Part shown: piece after piece, positions 1 through 11,777 of the stretch
Numbering within the stretch: the first letter of the stretch is position 1
Layout of the letters: every line of letters starts with the position of its first letter
NCBI RefSeq assembly: GCF_006345805.1
Contig: NC_042998.1
Coordinates: 37,696,001 to 37,760,000, forward strand
Source: Octopus sinensis
Taxonomy: Eukaryota
DNA: 64,000 nucleotides
Direction of reading: 5' to 3'
Notes under the pieces: model-generated
Database searches by the model: none
The model's input: the letters and a program-made list of their open reading frames with translations, nothing else
Told to the model about the DNA's origin: nothing
Program-made: the position numbers and the translations under genes

Positions 1-62
1 TTCAAAATCCGCCGAGGTCGACTGTGCCTTTCATCCTTTTGCGGTCAATAAAATAAGTGCCA
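1..62 (+). mobile_element. SINE-M fragment (tRNA-derived, Meta-domain-like core)
   Basis: ttcaaaatccgccgaggtcgactgtgcctttcatcc matches the B-box/core of full copies elsewhere in the window. Confidence 0.8.
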
Positions 63-63
63 G

Positions 64-240
64 TGGAGACACATGGCTTAGTGATTAGAATAGCCGACTC
101 GCGATCGAAGGATCGCGGGTTCGAATCTCAGAGCGGGCGTTGTGTATGTTTATAAGCTAAACACCTAAGCTCCACGTGGCACCGGCAGAGGATAATGGCG
201 AACCTCTGCTGATTCTTTCGTCACAACTTTCTCTCACTCC
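64..240 (+). mobile_element. SINE-R (tRNA-Arg-like head, OR-type), 3'-truncated
   Basis: Diverged match to the copies at 9562 and 45957 (A box, ggttcgaatc B box, aaacacctaagctccacg). Confidence 0.75.
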
Positions 241-259
241 TTAAAAAGAAGAAAACCTA

Positions 260-455
260 GGGCGGCGAGCTGGCTGAATCGTTAACACGCCGGACGAAAT
301 GCTTAGTGGTATTTCGTCTGCCGTTACGTTCTGTATTCAAACTTCGCCGCGGTTGACTTTGCCTTTCCTCCCGCACTGGGGTCGATGTAATCGGCTTAAT
401 CCCTTTTACATTTCTTGTTTCTCCCCTCTATGTTTAGCCCCCTGTGGGCAATAAC
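260..455 (+). mobile_element. SINE-M with internal deletion
   Basis: ggcggcgagctggctgaatcgttaacacgccggacgaaatgcttag head and tttagccccctgtgggcaataa tail. Confidence 0.85.
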
Positions 456-569
456 AAACAAAATAAAGTAATTGCCAGTTAGTTACTGTAATATAATTGA
501 CTTATCACCTGCTACGAAGCTACTTTGTACACACACACACACGTGTGTGCGTGTGTATGCGCGCGCGTA

Positions 570-790
570 TGACTCGTACAAAAATTAAAACAAAAACATG
601 TGTGTGAGGTATAAAAAAATAATAATAAAGGTGTGTTCGGTTGACGGTCAGGAAAACTGGAAGAAATCTTTAAAGTTTCGAATCGGTGCTATTCGACAGA
701 AAGAGTAGATGAAAGGAGACAAGAATAATGAGAAAAGAACAAGCGTGTCTCTAGTGATGAGAAACAACTGCGTTGAAGGCGTGGATCTCA
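570..790 (-). mobile_element. Degenerate Penelope-pLTR-like mini-element (hammerhead family A/B)
   Basis: Similar to the 11065 and 26212 copies; decayed hammerhead motif at 668-703. Confidence 0.5.
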
Positions 791-1007
791 AGGAGGGCTA
801 ACAGGGAGCTGGAATGTGTGTGTGTGTGTGTGAATAAGCATGCGAGTATATGAAGCTGATGTGTGCGTGAATATGTGTGCCTTTGTTTGCGCGTGTACGT
901 GTGCGTTTCAGGGAAAATACGTATGTATATAAAGCTACTGGACGCGTTTAGCTTGTGTGTGATTGTACGTGTGTATATGTATGACACTATTGTATGCATA
1001 TATGTAT

Positions 1008-1227
1008 CTATTTCTTTACTACCCACAAGGGGTTAAACACAGAGAGGACAAACAAGGACAGACAAACGGATTAAGTCGATAATATCGACCCCAGTGCGTA
1101 ACTGGTACTTAAAAGGATGAAAGGCGAAGTCGACCTCGGCGGAATTTGAACTCAGAACGTAGCGGCAGACGAAATACCGTTGAGCGTTTCGCCCGGCGTG
1201 CTAACGTTTCTGCCAGATCGCCGCCTT
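1008..1227 (-). mobile_element. SINE-M, near full length
   Basis: ctatttctttactacccacaagggg...gccagatcgccgcctt, reverse complement of the consensus. Confidence 0.92.
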
Positions 1228-1239
1228 ATCGTGATATTC

Positions 1240-1388
1240 AGTCGGTTACGACTAGAACAGCCTTCTCGTGAAATTAATCTGCAAGTGGTTGAGTACTCCA
1301 CAGACACGTGTACCCTTTACGTAGTTCTCGGGGAGATTCAGCGTAACACAGTGTAACAAAGCTGGCCTTTTGAAATACAAGTACAACA
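1240..1388 (-). mobile_element. SINE-V 3' tail
   Basis: ctccacagacacgtgtaccctttacgtagttctcggggagattcagcg, reverse complement of the 59877 copy tail. Confidence 0.8.
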
Positions 1389-1394
1389 AAAACA

Positions 1395-1569
1395 GAAAGA
1401 AAGAGCGAGAGAAAGAGTAGAGCAGAGTTCCCCCCCCCCCCTGCCGGAGCTTCGTGGAGCTTTAGGTGTTTTCGCTCAATAGACACTCAAAATGTCCGGT
1501 CTGGGAATCGAAACCGCGATCCTACAAACGCGAGCCCGCTGTCTTAACCAATGAGCCATTGCGCCTCCA
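1395..1569 (-). mobile_element. SINE-R 5' half
   Basis: gggaatcgaaaccgcgatcct...ccattgcgcctcca. Confidence 0.88.
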
Positions 1570-1629
1570 TATATATATATAAAGGGTATATATTATCAAT
1601 GATAATGTGATGCACCTAGAAATTTTTCT

Positions 1630-1910
1630 TCCTAGGCACAAGTCCCAACAAGGTTGTTTATGGAAGACCAGCAGTCGCCCATGCATATCATCCTCCCTTC
1701 TTCATGCCACTACTGTTGTGCAAGGAAAAGGCAAAGGGGCCGATACAGCTTGGCACCAGTGACATCGCAACTCATTTCTATAGCTGAGTGAACTGGAGCA
1801 ATGTGAAATGAAGTGTCTTGCTCAAGAACGCAACACACAGCCGGGGTCCGGGAATCGAACTCCCTACCTCATGATTGTAAGCCCGAAATTCTAACCACTG
1901 ATCCATGCAT
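1630..1910 (-). mobile_element. tRNA-derived SINE with V/CORE-like body and alternative tail
   Basis: Head gagttcgattcccggacc and body ttgagcaagacacttcatttcacattgctccagttcactcagct on the minus strand. Confidence 0.8.
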
Positions 1911-1946
1911 CTTATATATAACTTTCTGTGTGTATGTATATGTATA

Positions 1947-1985
<39 letters not shown>

Positions 1986-2908
1986 GAGAGATGTCTGTGG
2001 TGCGTGTGTGTGTGTATTCGATGACAGTTTGAATACACACTAGGTTTAGTAATCTTTTATTGCAGTTGAGTTGGGAAGACTTTAAGCGTTCATATCCAAG
2101 CAATATTCGAATGTGAACCTTACAAAATGCTCATCAATATTACAATACAATCCGGGTGGTGATCGACTTTTCTGCTAATTCCGACGACGACATTGACAGC
2201 AATAACGTGGTCCGAGATGATGATGATGATGATGATGAAGAAGAAGCAGCGACCGCAATTCGAGGCTACTGACAATGATTTTATCGCAACTAAAGACGAA
2301 TGAAGCAACTTAAATTAATTATGATTAGTAAAAGAGTGATTAATGAGGTTATCAGCGCGAAGACAAATCATTTCGAAAGAGAATTCATCATTCGCTCTTT
2401 TGCAATAGAAATGAAATCCCAGTTAGTATAAGAGTTTAGTTTGAAGGTGAATAATTCAGGATGATTGATGCGACTGATGTTGAATAAGGCAGTCAATTGG
2501 TGGAAAGTGAACAGTTAAAAACATTGGTGATGGCAGAGTGGGAAGATTTGGGCATTTAGATTCAGGGCTGTACTTCATTGCTCAGAGAAAGGCTGATATG
2601 TAGCTCAGTGGAAAGTGAGCTGAGTGTTTTCACTCAATTACTCAAACTATGTCCCGACGTCAGAACCGCGATAGCAAAAATATTTTACGCAACGGTTTTG
2701 CGTTCAATATTCTTAATTTCTAAATTCATTGAAAGGCCGCCATTTTTCAATGGATGCTTCTTCTGGCTTTAATTAGAGCCATTTTTTGACTCTTACTTTC
2801 ATCGAATCTCTGCCGAAGATAAAGTTAGCTTCGGCAGTTTGTGAAATCAGAACGTTAAGCGTTTTATACTACCATTCTTTCTATAATAACAATAATAATA
2901 ATAATTAA

Positions 2909-3276
2909 TAGGCGATTCGAGGGTGAAACGTAAGGAAACAGATAAGAGTGAGAAATACCAGCCACTGGGGCAGGAGATAGTAAAGTTATGGGGTAAGACG
3001 AAAGTAAAGGTGATAACGGTGGTAATTGGAACATTAGTAGCAGTTTCCAAGGGCTTTGAAAAACGTATAAAGAATATTGGAGCTGCTGTCAAGCTCGAGG
3101 TGATCCAGAAGACAGCATTGTCGGGTACAGGTCGCATTCTAAGGAGAGTGTTGTTTCTTTGAGTCACTTGAAACCTTTGTTGATTTGTTATAACCTGCGT
3201 TCATGTAAAGAATAATCGGTAATTAAGAACTATCCGAGAATCTTTCATCATCATCATCATCATAATCATAATAATA
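2909..3276 (+). mobile_element. 3' end of R4/Dong-type RLE non-LTR retrotransposon
   Basis: ORF 2923-3162 EKYQPLGQEIVKLW...VVIGTL...IQKTALSGTGRILRRVL is the RLE C-terminus; (AAT)n on the left and (ATC/AAT)n tail. Confidence 0.8.
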
Positions 3277-3461
3277 GTGTTCTATTGAGCTTCTACAGAA
3301 AATTTACCTCTTAAGAACAGGAACGATTATCAGGAGGGTTTTGAACGCTTGAAAAATTATTGAAACATGTGGATATCTAAAGTTATAGGTAGTAACCTGC
3401 TACCCACAAAAAATGCGAGCAGGAATAAGACCAAACCTGAATCAATTCGAATAATAATAAT

Positions 3462-4056
3462 GAGAAGTCATGACAATATAGCCAGGCTTGTCTATTGGAT
3501 ACTTTGCAACAAGTATGGACTTGACAGAGCAATAAGTTGGTACGGCCATAAACCTGAAGGCATTGCCGAAAATAGAAATGCAAAGATCCTATGGGATTTT
3601 ATGATTCAGTGTGACCATGAGATTGAGAATAGGAAGCCGGATATAGTCTTAATTGAGAGAGGAAACAAACTACGCTGGATCATAGATATAGCATGCCCAA
3701 CTGACAACAAGGTATGCGATAAGGAAGAAAGAAAAGTCGAGAGATATGACAGGTTAGCTTGGGAAGTTAAGCAGTTGTGGTCGATGAAAAAGATAGCAGT
3801 AGTACCAATAATTGTCGGTAAAAGGTAGCAGTATTACCAATAACTGCCCTGGGAACAGTGAGCAAAAATCTCGAGAAGTACGTGGGGCTGCAATAAGGGT
3901 GGAGCACTTTGCAGAAAACAGCACTGCTTGAAACCGCTCGAATACTTCAGAAGGTGCTCGAAAAATAAGAGTTCACTGGTAGTGAACAACTGACACTAGT
4001 ACATCTCCAGCATTAGACGTTGTGAAAAGGCAATAAATAATAATAATAATAATAAT
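3462..4056 (+). mobile_element. 3' end of R4/Dong-type RLE retrotransposon (PD-(D/E)xK endonuclease)
   Basis: HDNIARLVYWILC...KILWDF...RKPDIV...IDIACP...K..RY..L; frameshifted by a ~20-bp duplication near 3795-3845; (AAT)n tail. Confidence 0.88.
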
Positions 4057-4157
4057 GAGGCTCGTTTAAAAAACAAGGTTTGAAAAGGATGAACCTCAGT
4101 ACATTGAACTTTGATGGTATTTAAATTTAGATTTTATATAAACTGACCACATACTGG

Positions 4158-4272
4158 TTTCCAATTTTTGACACAAGGCCAGCAATTTCGGGGACATCGA
4201 CCTTCGTACTCAACTGGTACCTATTTTATCAACCCCAAAAGAATGAAAAGTATAGTCGACCTCGGCGGAAAT
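4158..4272 (-). mobile_element. SINE-M2 subfamily fragment
   Basis: ttttgacacaaggccagcaatt tail plus gtcgacctcggcggaa. Confidence 0.7.
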
Positions 4273-4623
4273 AAACTGACAACGTATTGCAAGTCATTCC
4301 ATTAGACATTCTATCAGTTTTGGCTATGGACTGATTGTTCCTAACTTGACCGGGCTTACATTTAGAACGAGATTTGGAGCGAGATTACAAATATGAGTTG
4401 ATGGATTTAATCGATCTCAGTTTTTATTAGCACTTTATGAAGCGTGGAAGAAGGGAATGCAAATACGAGTAGTAATTCTCAAGGAATTTAACTACACATA
4501 CTCTTCCGACATGCTTTCAATCCTGCCCTAGATTGGGATATGTAAAAAAAACACGACAAAAATGCTGAAATGAGATCAAAATTGGCCGATAGTTCTTACG
4601 ACAATCCTGAAAGGAAGAATAAC

Positions 4624-4805
4624 TTATTTCTTTACTACCCACAAGGGGCTAAACATAGAGGAGACAAACAAGGTTCAGACAAAGGGATTAAGTCGATTAC
4701 ATCTACCCCAGTGCGTAACTGGTGCTTAATTTATCGACCCCGAAAAGATGAAAGGCAAAGTCGGAATCTGAACTCAGAACGTAACGGCAGACGAAATACG
4801 GCTAC
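4624..4805 (-). mobile_element. SINE-M, 5'-truncated
   Basis: tatttctttactacccacaagggg...ggcagacgaaatacggctac. Confidence 0.88.
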
Positions 4806-6688
4806 AACCAAAATGAAACAAGTTGACTTTGAATTCTTGGTATAAAGAGATGTAACCAAAAGGTATGCTGTGTGATGCTCTGCCAATTTACCATCCTCCC
4901 GCAATTTAAATAATAAAAAAAGATATTTTGTACGATACTCTGTCAGTGTATTATCCTCCCACCAAACCATCTGAATAGAAATAATTGTTTATAGTTTAGA
5001 CACAAGGCCAGCAGATATTTAGAGGCGGAGGAGGAGTTAATGGATTGCATTGACGAAGCACAAGGATTTGTTGATCCCAGAAAGATGAAAGTCAAAGTTG
5101 ACACCCGTAGGGTTTTAAGTCGTAAATAAATACCACAAGTTATGCGTCCCACGATGTCATTCTGTCAACCGATCACCATAAAAAACCACTTCTTTGAGGG
5201 ACAGTAGAAATCAATAAAACTGATGTTAGTTTTTAAATGCTACTTTGCTTAATTGAGGTTAAAAATACAAATTTGATTTTGGTGTGATTTGAATACCTAA
5301 AACACGTAAAAAGAAAGCTGATCTAAAACACTGTGAGGTATTTTATCCAATGCTCTTACGACTTGCCTAGTTCTTCTCATTGAACTCATCGATAGAAGAT
5401 CATGAAAAAAAAATAAACGTTCTCAGAGATTCGATAGAAACCCAAAGAAAATAGCATTGATAAGGTTTGGAAGAATTTTTTAAAAAAGTAACTTCACGAC
5501 TTAACAATTACTCTGAAACGGCTAAAACAGAACTACTCTTACCAATACTAGTGTCACCACCACTATCAACACCACTACTACAATTACTACTGTTGCTGCC
5601 GCTGCTGCTACTACCGTTTCTAAATTCAGATTACTTTGCTAATAAAGAAAGTTTTGAGTTAAAATAAATTAGTTCAAAACTTAATTATACATCAGTAGAT
5701 CGTAGGAAGCAATTAGTGGAAGCACAAAGGAACCCAGTAGCGTCGCTAACATAATGTTCATCATCGTTGTGGAGTTTCTTTCAATCAAGGAGACATTTCC
5801 ATTTGGCGATGAGAGAACTTGGTGTCAATGATGACTTTAACATAAAATTGAACAGCGACCATTTCACGTTACTTAAAAAACAATAAAGTCCTCCAAAATA
5901 AAATGGTGACGTTTTGCCATTCTAGGTTAACACATTGGAGCAGACTTATTCACAAAGCTACTAAAACTCTAACCTTCTCCTTTGTTATTTAGTCGAAGTA
6001 TATCGGGGATAACATACACCAATATATCTCTTACTTATTTTGAAAAACAGAGAGCGAAACCCCCGGTGGAATTAAGGTTTTAGACTGGCAAATTGTTGGA
6101 TATAATAACTTTTAATAGTGGCCATGGCTAGAAGCTCTCTAAATTCATATTCTGTCAAGATGAATTTTACCTTTGCAGTCTTTCTCTCTCTCACTCTGCA
6201 CTTCTCTTTTCCTCCTGCTTTTTCAGTACTGGCTGAAAAATCTCCAGAGAGCTCGAACTCTTAGAGATGGTAATAGCACTTTTTAGTAGAGACAGCTATC
6301 CATTGTCTTTAGCAGTCGCAAATGGGAATTCAATGAATATAGGTCAAACAAAGATATCGGGCTAATTGCACAGTACCGAGACTAAAGGTTGACTTTAATT
6401 TCGATATTTAACGGAGGGGTTTATATATTTCTGTGCTAGTATTGTATGTGGTATTGCTAATAGGAAAGTGTGTGTAGTTAAAACGTTCTTACGTGCTTTC
6501 GACTTCTGTCCGAATCTGCGCCATGTTGGCCCAATGCCTTGTAGCCTCGAAGTTGCCAAACCTTCTGATTGAAACTGATCGAGGAAAACATTGCGAAAGT
6601 CTGTTGTAAACACACGTGCAAATATATATTTTTGTCTGTGTATTTAGATATGCATGTATATATACACACATATATAAATACAAATATA

Positions 6689-6840
6689 GGGAGAGTTTAC
6701 GAAAAAAACAAAAGACGAAGACAGGTGGTGTACAAAACAAACAGATGTATTAGTATAACGCTCAGGAATAGAAAAATCTTTTATGTTTCGAGCCTACGCT
6801 CTTTTACAAAAAGGGACAGAAAAAAACAAGGAGAGAAAAA
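6689..6840 (-). mobile_element. Penelope-pLTR-like mini-element family A (decayed hammerhead)
   Basis: Near-identical to 40880-41085 and 52219-52431; core mutated (C3U, G8A). Confidence 0.75.
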
Positions 6841-7551
6841 TATATATGTTTATCTATGTATTTAAATATGTATGTATATATTCACATCTATATATTCACA
6901 CAAACATGCTGTCATATACATATGCATGTGTCAAAAAATGTGTGTTTGTATAGGTTAACCTCCGTGTTATTCCTTACGCTGACTCCACTTACACAGAGAT
7001 GTCGTTCGACTAATTCTTTCACATCGAGGTTTTAACAGTAAGTACAAGTCTTTAACAAAAAAATAAGCACTCGGTTTCATTGGGTAGAACAAAACATTTG
7101 GAGATGATTTCGTAGGACGGCTGCAGTTCAATGACTAAAAGAAGTAAAACAAAACAATGTGAAAAACGAAACTACCGATTCCTCAAAACACAAGAATTCG
7201 AACGTTTTTGTTCACACCAGCCAATTACATGTAACATGTGAAACTTTAATGACAGCAATTCAAATTACTACTACTGCTGCTGCTACTACCACAACCGTAG
7301 GTAATACTACTAGTTCTACTAGCAATGGGGAGAAAGAAAAGTGAGAAGAAAAAAGAAGAGCGAAGTATAAGAAGAAGAAGAGAGGCATCAACAGCAGCTA
7401 AAGGCAATGATGCAAAGAATAGCAATATTAATCATTGATTCCCACCTGGGGTCCAAATGATCCCTGGTGGGGAGTGAGAGGCGGGGCTATAAAAGATTTT
7501 GTCATTAAGATTTATGTGCTATAAACTTGGTTATATTTCTACATATATTTT

Positions 7552-7858
7552 ATAAAGAAGCTTGCTTCCCAACCACATGGTTCCGGGTTCGGTCCCACTG
7601 CGTGGCACCTTGGGCAAGTGTCTTCTACTATAGCCTTGGGTGTGGATTTGGTAGACGGAAGCTTGTGTATTTGTGTGTATTTGTGTTTGTCTCCCCACCC
7701 ACTATCGCTTGACAATCGATGTTGGTTTTATTTACGTCCCCGTAAGTACTTAGCTTTCAAAGCATAAATCTTGGGGTCAATTTGTTCGACTAAAGGCGGT
7801 GCTCCAGCGTGGCTGCAGTCATATGAATGAAACAAGTAAAAGAAAAAAATAAAGAATC
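7552..7858 (+). mobile_element. SINE-C (tRNA head, CORE-like ccttgggcaagtgtc)
   Basis: cccaaccacatggttccgggttcggtcccactgcgtggcaccttgggcaagtg...gttcgactaaaggcggtgctccagc tail. Confidence 0.85.
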
Positions 7859-8406
7859 TAATAATATTTAATCCTAAAAATATGATTAGGATTTTATTTA
7901 AACATGGAGTTGTTCTGGGGTTCCGGTAGAGTAAAACAAGAATGGAAAGGGACCCTGGGAGGAAAAAGGGTTTCGAAACGCTGATATAAAACAATCAGCA
8001 TAACATCAAATAGAAGAATAATGTGTTTCTAATCGTGTCAGATAGAAGAAGATTTAAATGAATGAAGAAGGAAAAAGAAGAAACAGATGGAGGGACTGTG
8101 TCAGGTCTGGTGAAATGGAAGTGAAACCAGCAGCAGTGGCGGCGGCAGCAGCAGCAGCAGCAAGTGGAGAGTGGTTGCAGAGAGAATTGCAACAGCAGCA
8201 CTGACAGCAGCAACAGCTGCTACGAAAGCAGAAGCAACAGGTTAATAGAGGTGAGAGTTTCAAGTGCAGAGATACAACCGAATCCGATGGCAGCAGATTT
8301 GTCGGATGTGTAAACGCTCGTCGCAGTAGTCTATGTGTGTGTGTGTGTTTTACTATCAGACACGATGTGTGCATGTGTGAATGCGGTGGATTTTGTATTC
8401 ATGCGT

Positions 8407-8440
<34 letters not shown>

Positions 8441-8559
8441 GTGTATGTATGGATGTGATGTGCTGTATGTGTGCATGTTGAAAGCTATTTGCATGCAAAA
8501 TGTTGCAAAACATAACAGCTGGTCGTGCGCGAGCAGATATTTCCCACTCGGGAAGAAGC

Positions 8560-9000
8560 GACAGCAGCAGTAGCAGCAGTAGTGATAGTAGTAGAGGTGG
8601 TGGTGGTGTTGGTGGTAGTGGTAGTGGTCGTGGTGGTTGCAGTGGCATGTAGCTTCTGTAGCTGTTAGTGCAACAGCACCAGTAGTAGTAGTATAAGTGG
8701 TGGTGGTCGTGGTATGTAGCTGCTGTGGTTGTGACTGCAGCAGCAGTAGTACTTGTAGTAGTAGTAGTAGTAGTAATATTAGTAGTAGAAGTAGTAGTAG
8801 TGGTAGTATGTAGGTACTGTGGTTGTCACTGCAACAGCAGCAGTGATAATAGTAGTAATAGTAGTAGTAGTAGTAGTAGTAGTCGTAGTATGGTATGTAG
8901 CTGCTGTGGTTGTAACAGCAGTAGTAGTAGTAGTAGTAGTGGTGGTGGTGGTGCTGGTGGTATGTTGTAGTAGTAGAAGTAGTAGTAGTAGAGTTTGGCT
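8560..9000. repeat. Compound (GTA)n/(GTG)n/(GCA)n trinucleotide array
   Basis: Directly visible; produces the poly-V/T/S/L ORFs in the track. Confidence 0.9.
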
Positions 9001-9276
9001 GGTATCAACGGCTATGGTGATACCAAGCGTCAATGGTAGTCGTCTTCGCAGTGTAAATGGGACTGAAAATTCGTTACAAGTTGTAGGCGGAGGGGGAGGA
9101 GAAGGAGAGGGAAGCGAGAGAAGAAGAAGAGTCCGGTGTGCAGTGTTCATTGTACAAATGCCTGTGTTTTCCTGTGACTGGCTATGAAAGGGTTTGAAAC
9201 TTAAGGGGTGTAGAAACAAATGGGTCCCATGCAAGCTTTCGGGATTTGTCACACAAGAAACTGACACAAAATGTAT

Positions 9277-9528
9277 CTTTTATTGATTTCAGTCATTTGA
9301 CTGCGACCATGCTGGGGCACCGACTTCAAGAATTTGTACTCGAATAAAATCGACACCAGGATTTATACATACATTTTTTTTAAAACCTGATGTTTATTAT
9401 ATCGGTCTGTTTTGTTGAACCGCCATGTTACTGGGACCTACACAAGCCAACATCAGTTGTCAAGCGGTGGCGGGGGACAAATATAGAAAGAAACTCACAC
9501 ACATAGATATATACATACACACACACAC

Positions 9529-9564
<36 letters not shown>

Positions 9565-10018
9565 GAGGCGCAATGGCCCAGTGGTTAAGGGAAGCGGATT
9601 CGCGGTCGTAGGATCGCGGTTTCGATCCCCAGACCGGGCGTTGTGAGTGTTTATTGAGCGAAAACACCTGAAACTCCACGATTCTCCAGCAGGGGGTGGT
9701 GGCGATCCCTGCTGTACTATTTCGCCACAACTTTCTCTCACTCTTTCTTCTGTTGGCCTGCTCGCTTAGCCAGCGGAATGACGTCATTTGAAGGCTAAAA
9801 CAATGCGGAGTGCATTGTGCCAGTGATGTGTAGCAACAGCTGATAGCCTAGTCGGTCACGGTGATATATATATATATAGAATGGGCTTCTTCCAGTTTCC
9901 GTCTACCAAATCCATTCAGAAGGCTTTAGTCGACCCGAGGCTATAGTAGAAGCTGGGACTGGACCTGGAACCATGTGGTTGGGAAGCAAATTTCTTACAA
10001 CCCAGCTATGCCCGCGCT
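9277..10018 (-). mobile_element. SINE-C interrupted by SINE-R
   Basis: Tail at 9277-9540 and head at 9879-10018 are collinear around the insertion. Confidence 0.8.
9562..9864 (+). mobile_element. SINE-R, full length with (TA)n tail
   Basis: ggaggcgcaatggcccagtggttaaggg...ggtcacggtgatatata. Confidence 0.92.
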
Positions 10019-10695
10019 TGTACACTTCTGTAAAAAATAATCTAAATCATTGAATTCATGTACGTTAATCAATGACCAGATGTGGACAAAGTGTGGCCGG
10101 TGACAACATTATAAACATGTGAAGTGTTTTCTCATTTGGTGCAAATCCATAGAGAAGATGGTTATATTCGTGAGAATTGCCAGCTGTTCCATTATATTCT
10201 CTCTCTCTCCCCCCCCCCCCCTTCTTTTTTTTTTTTTGCTCTGGGTGACTTTTATTTACATGTTTCTGCACTCTGATTTTCGACTCCATCGAGATAAACT
10301 TCGTCACTCATCATTCAGGCTACAATAAAACACGTTGACACCAAGTATTAGCATTTGTTAAGACCGCCCCTAACCCTGCAAATTGGAGACCTGTGCCTCT
10401 ATAAACAAACATTAACCAGTCGTCGAATTCTGAGTTGTAAATGAAATGTTATTAACAGCAATAGATTAATATTCTCTGACAACAAAACGATATTTTTTTA
10501 ACAAAATTATAACAATAAATAAAAATTATATTCATTAATTTGTGAATAGTCAGAAGGCCTTGTGTTCATGGGAGATAACGATTTAAATTATGTTCTTATC
10601 AAAAGAAGTCTTTATTTTGAATTACTCGGCTTTTTATTTATTTTTTTGTAATTAGTTAAGATAGCCATCAGAAGAATAGGATAGATTTGCCATGG

Positions 10696-10830
10696 CTAAA
10701 TCTCCCCGAGAACTACTTGAAGGATACGCGTCTGTGGAGTGCTCAACTATTTGCGCGTTAATTTACAATAGGCTGTTCCGTTGATCGGATCAACTGGAAC
10801 TATCCACGTCGAAATTCAACGGAATGCCAG
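10696..10830 (+). mobile_element. SINE-V 3' tail
   Basis: gctaaatctccccgagaactac...gttgatcggatcaactggaac. Confidence 0.75.
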
Positions 10831-11064
10831 TTATTTATTTATTTATTTATTCATCTATCTATCCGTGTCCGTCTGCCTGCCTGCCAGTCTGTCTGTCTAT
10901 ACATACATAAAATACATATAATGTATGGGTGTAAAGAATGTGGAAATTTTCATTTCTTTTAGAAATCTTCTTCATGCAAACATTTATTTCCTCCATATTT
11001 TATGACAGCCATCAAAAGAATAGAATAGTTTTACACACACACACACACACACAAAAACATATAT

Positions 11065-11248
11065 ATATTTAGCTGAAATTTACAGAAAAGCAAAAGAGGA
11101 AAATAGGTGTATGAACAACCAGAAGGTGTATTAGTTTGACGCTCGGGAAGGTAAGTCTTTAACGTTTTGAGCCTGTGCTCCTCAACAGAAACGAACACGA
11201 AGAAATAAACAGAGATAGAATTAGAAACTTGTGGAGTTACCGGTCAAT

Positions 11249-11250
<2 letters not shown>
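11065..11250 (-). mobile_element. Penelope-pLTR-like mini-element family B
   Basis: Similar to 26212-26400; hammerhead-like motif at 11157-11192 with G12A; TA-tract flanks. Confidence 0.7.
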
Positions 11251-11293
<43 letters not shown>

Positions 11294-11573
11294 GAATTAT
11301 TAAGGTGGCTTTTCGCAATTTCGAACCGAAAGGCAGAAGAATAGTTGTCACTAAAGTGACTAAGTGTATAAGTATGTGTGTGTGTGTGTGTGTGTGCGTA
11401 TGTGTTATGCTCTAAAAAGTATATTAGTGAAGGTGAGTATGCAGTTTGTACCCGTTAAATCTTCGTCGGAATTCCGAAGTCAATTGAAATGATATTCTTG
11501 TTTTATAAATGTACAATTATTTTTATATTTACTGAACATAAAATACACACACACACACACATATATGTGAATT

Positions 11574-11777
11574 GGTTTCAAATTTTAGCACAAGGCCAGA
11601 AATTTCATAGCAGTGGGGTAAGTCGATTACATCGACCCTAATGATCAACTAATGCCTATTCTATTGACCCCGAAAGGATGAAAGGTAAAGACGACCCCGG
11701 TGGCACTTGAACTCAGAGCGTAAAGTCAGCAGATATTCCGCTAAGCATTTTGTCCGGAGTTCTAACAGTTCTACCAG
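11574..11777 (-). mobile_element. SINE-M2
   Basis: caaattttagcacaaggccag tail; gaccccgaaaggatgaaagg core. Confidence 0.8.

Noticed and set aside
5681-5764. Signal-peptide-like minus-strand peptide MMNIMLATLLGSFVLPLIASYDLLMYN
   Set aside because: Stops after 27 codons with no convincing donor site
8779-9267. Mucin-like poly-Thr or poly-Val ORFs
   Set aside because: Produced by GTA/GTG arrays; open in several frames and on both strands
9562-9640. tRNA-like sequences at SINE heads (also 32574, 45957, 36200-36283)
   Set aside because: They have A/B boxes but no acceptor stem or proper anticodon arm, and continue into SINE bodies; not tRNA genes
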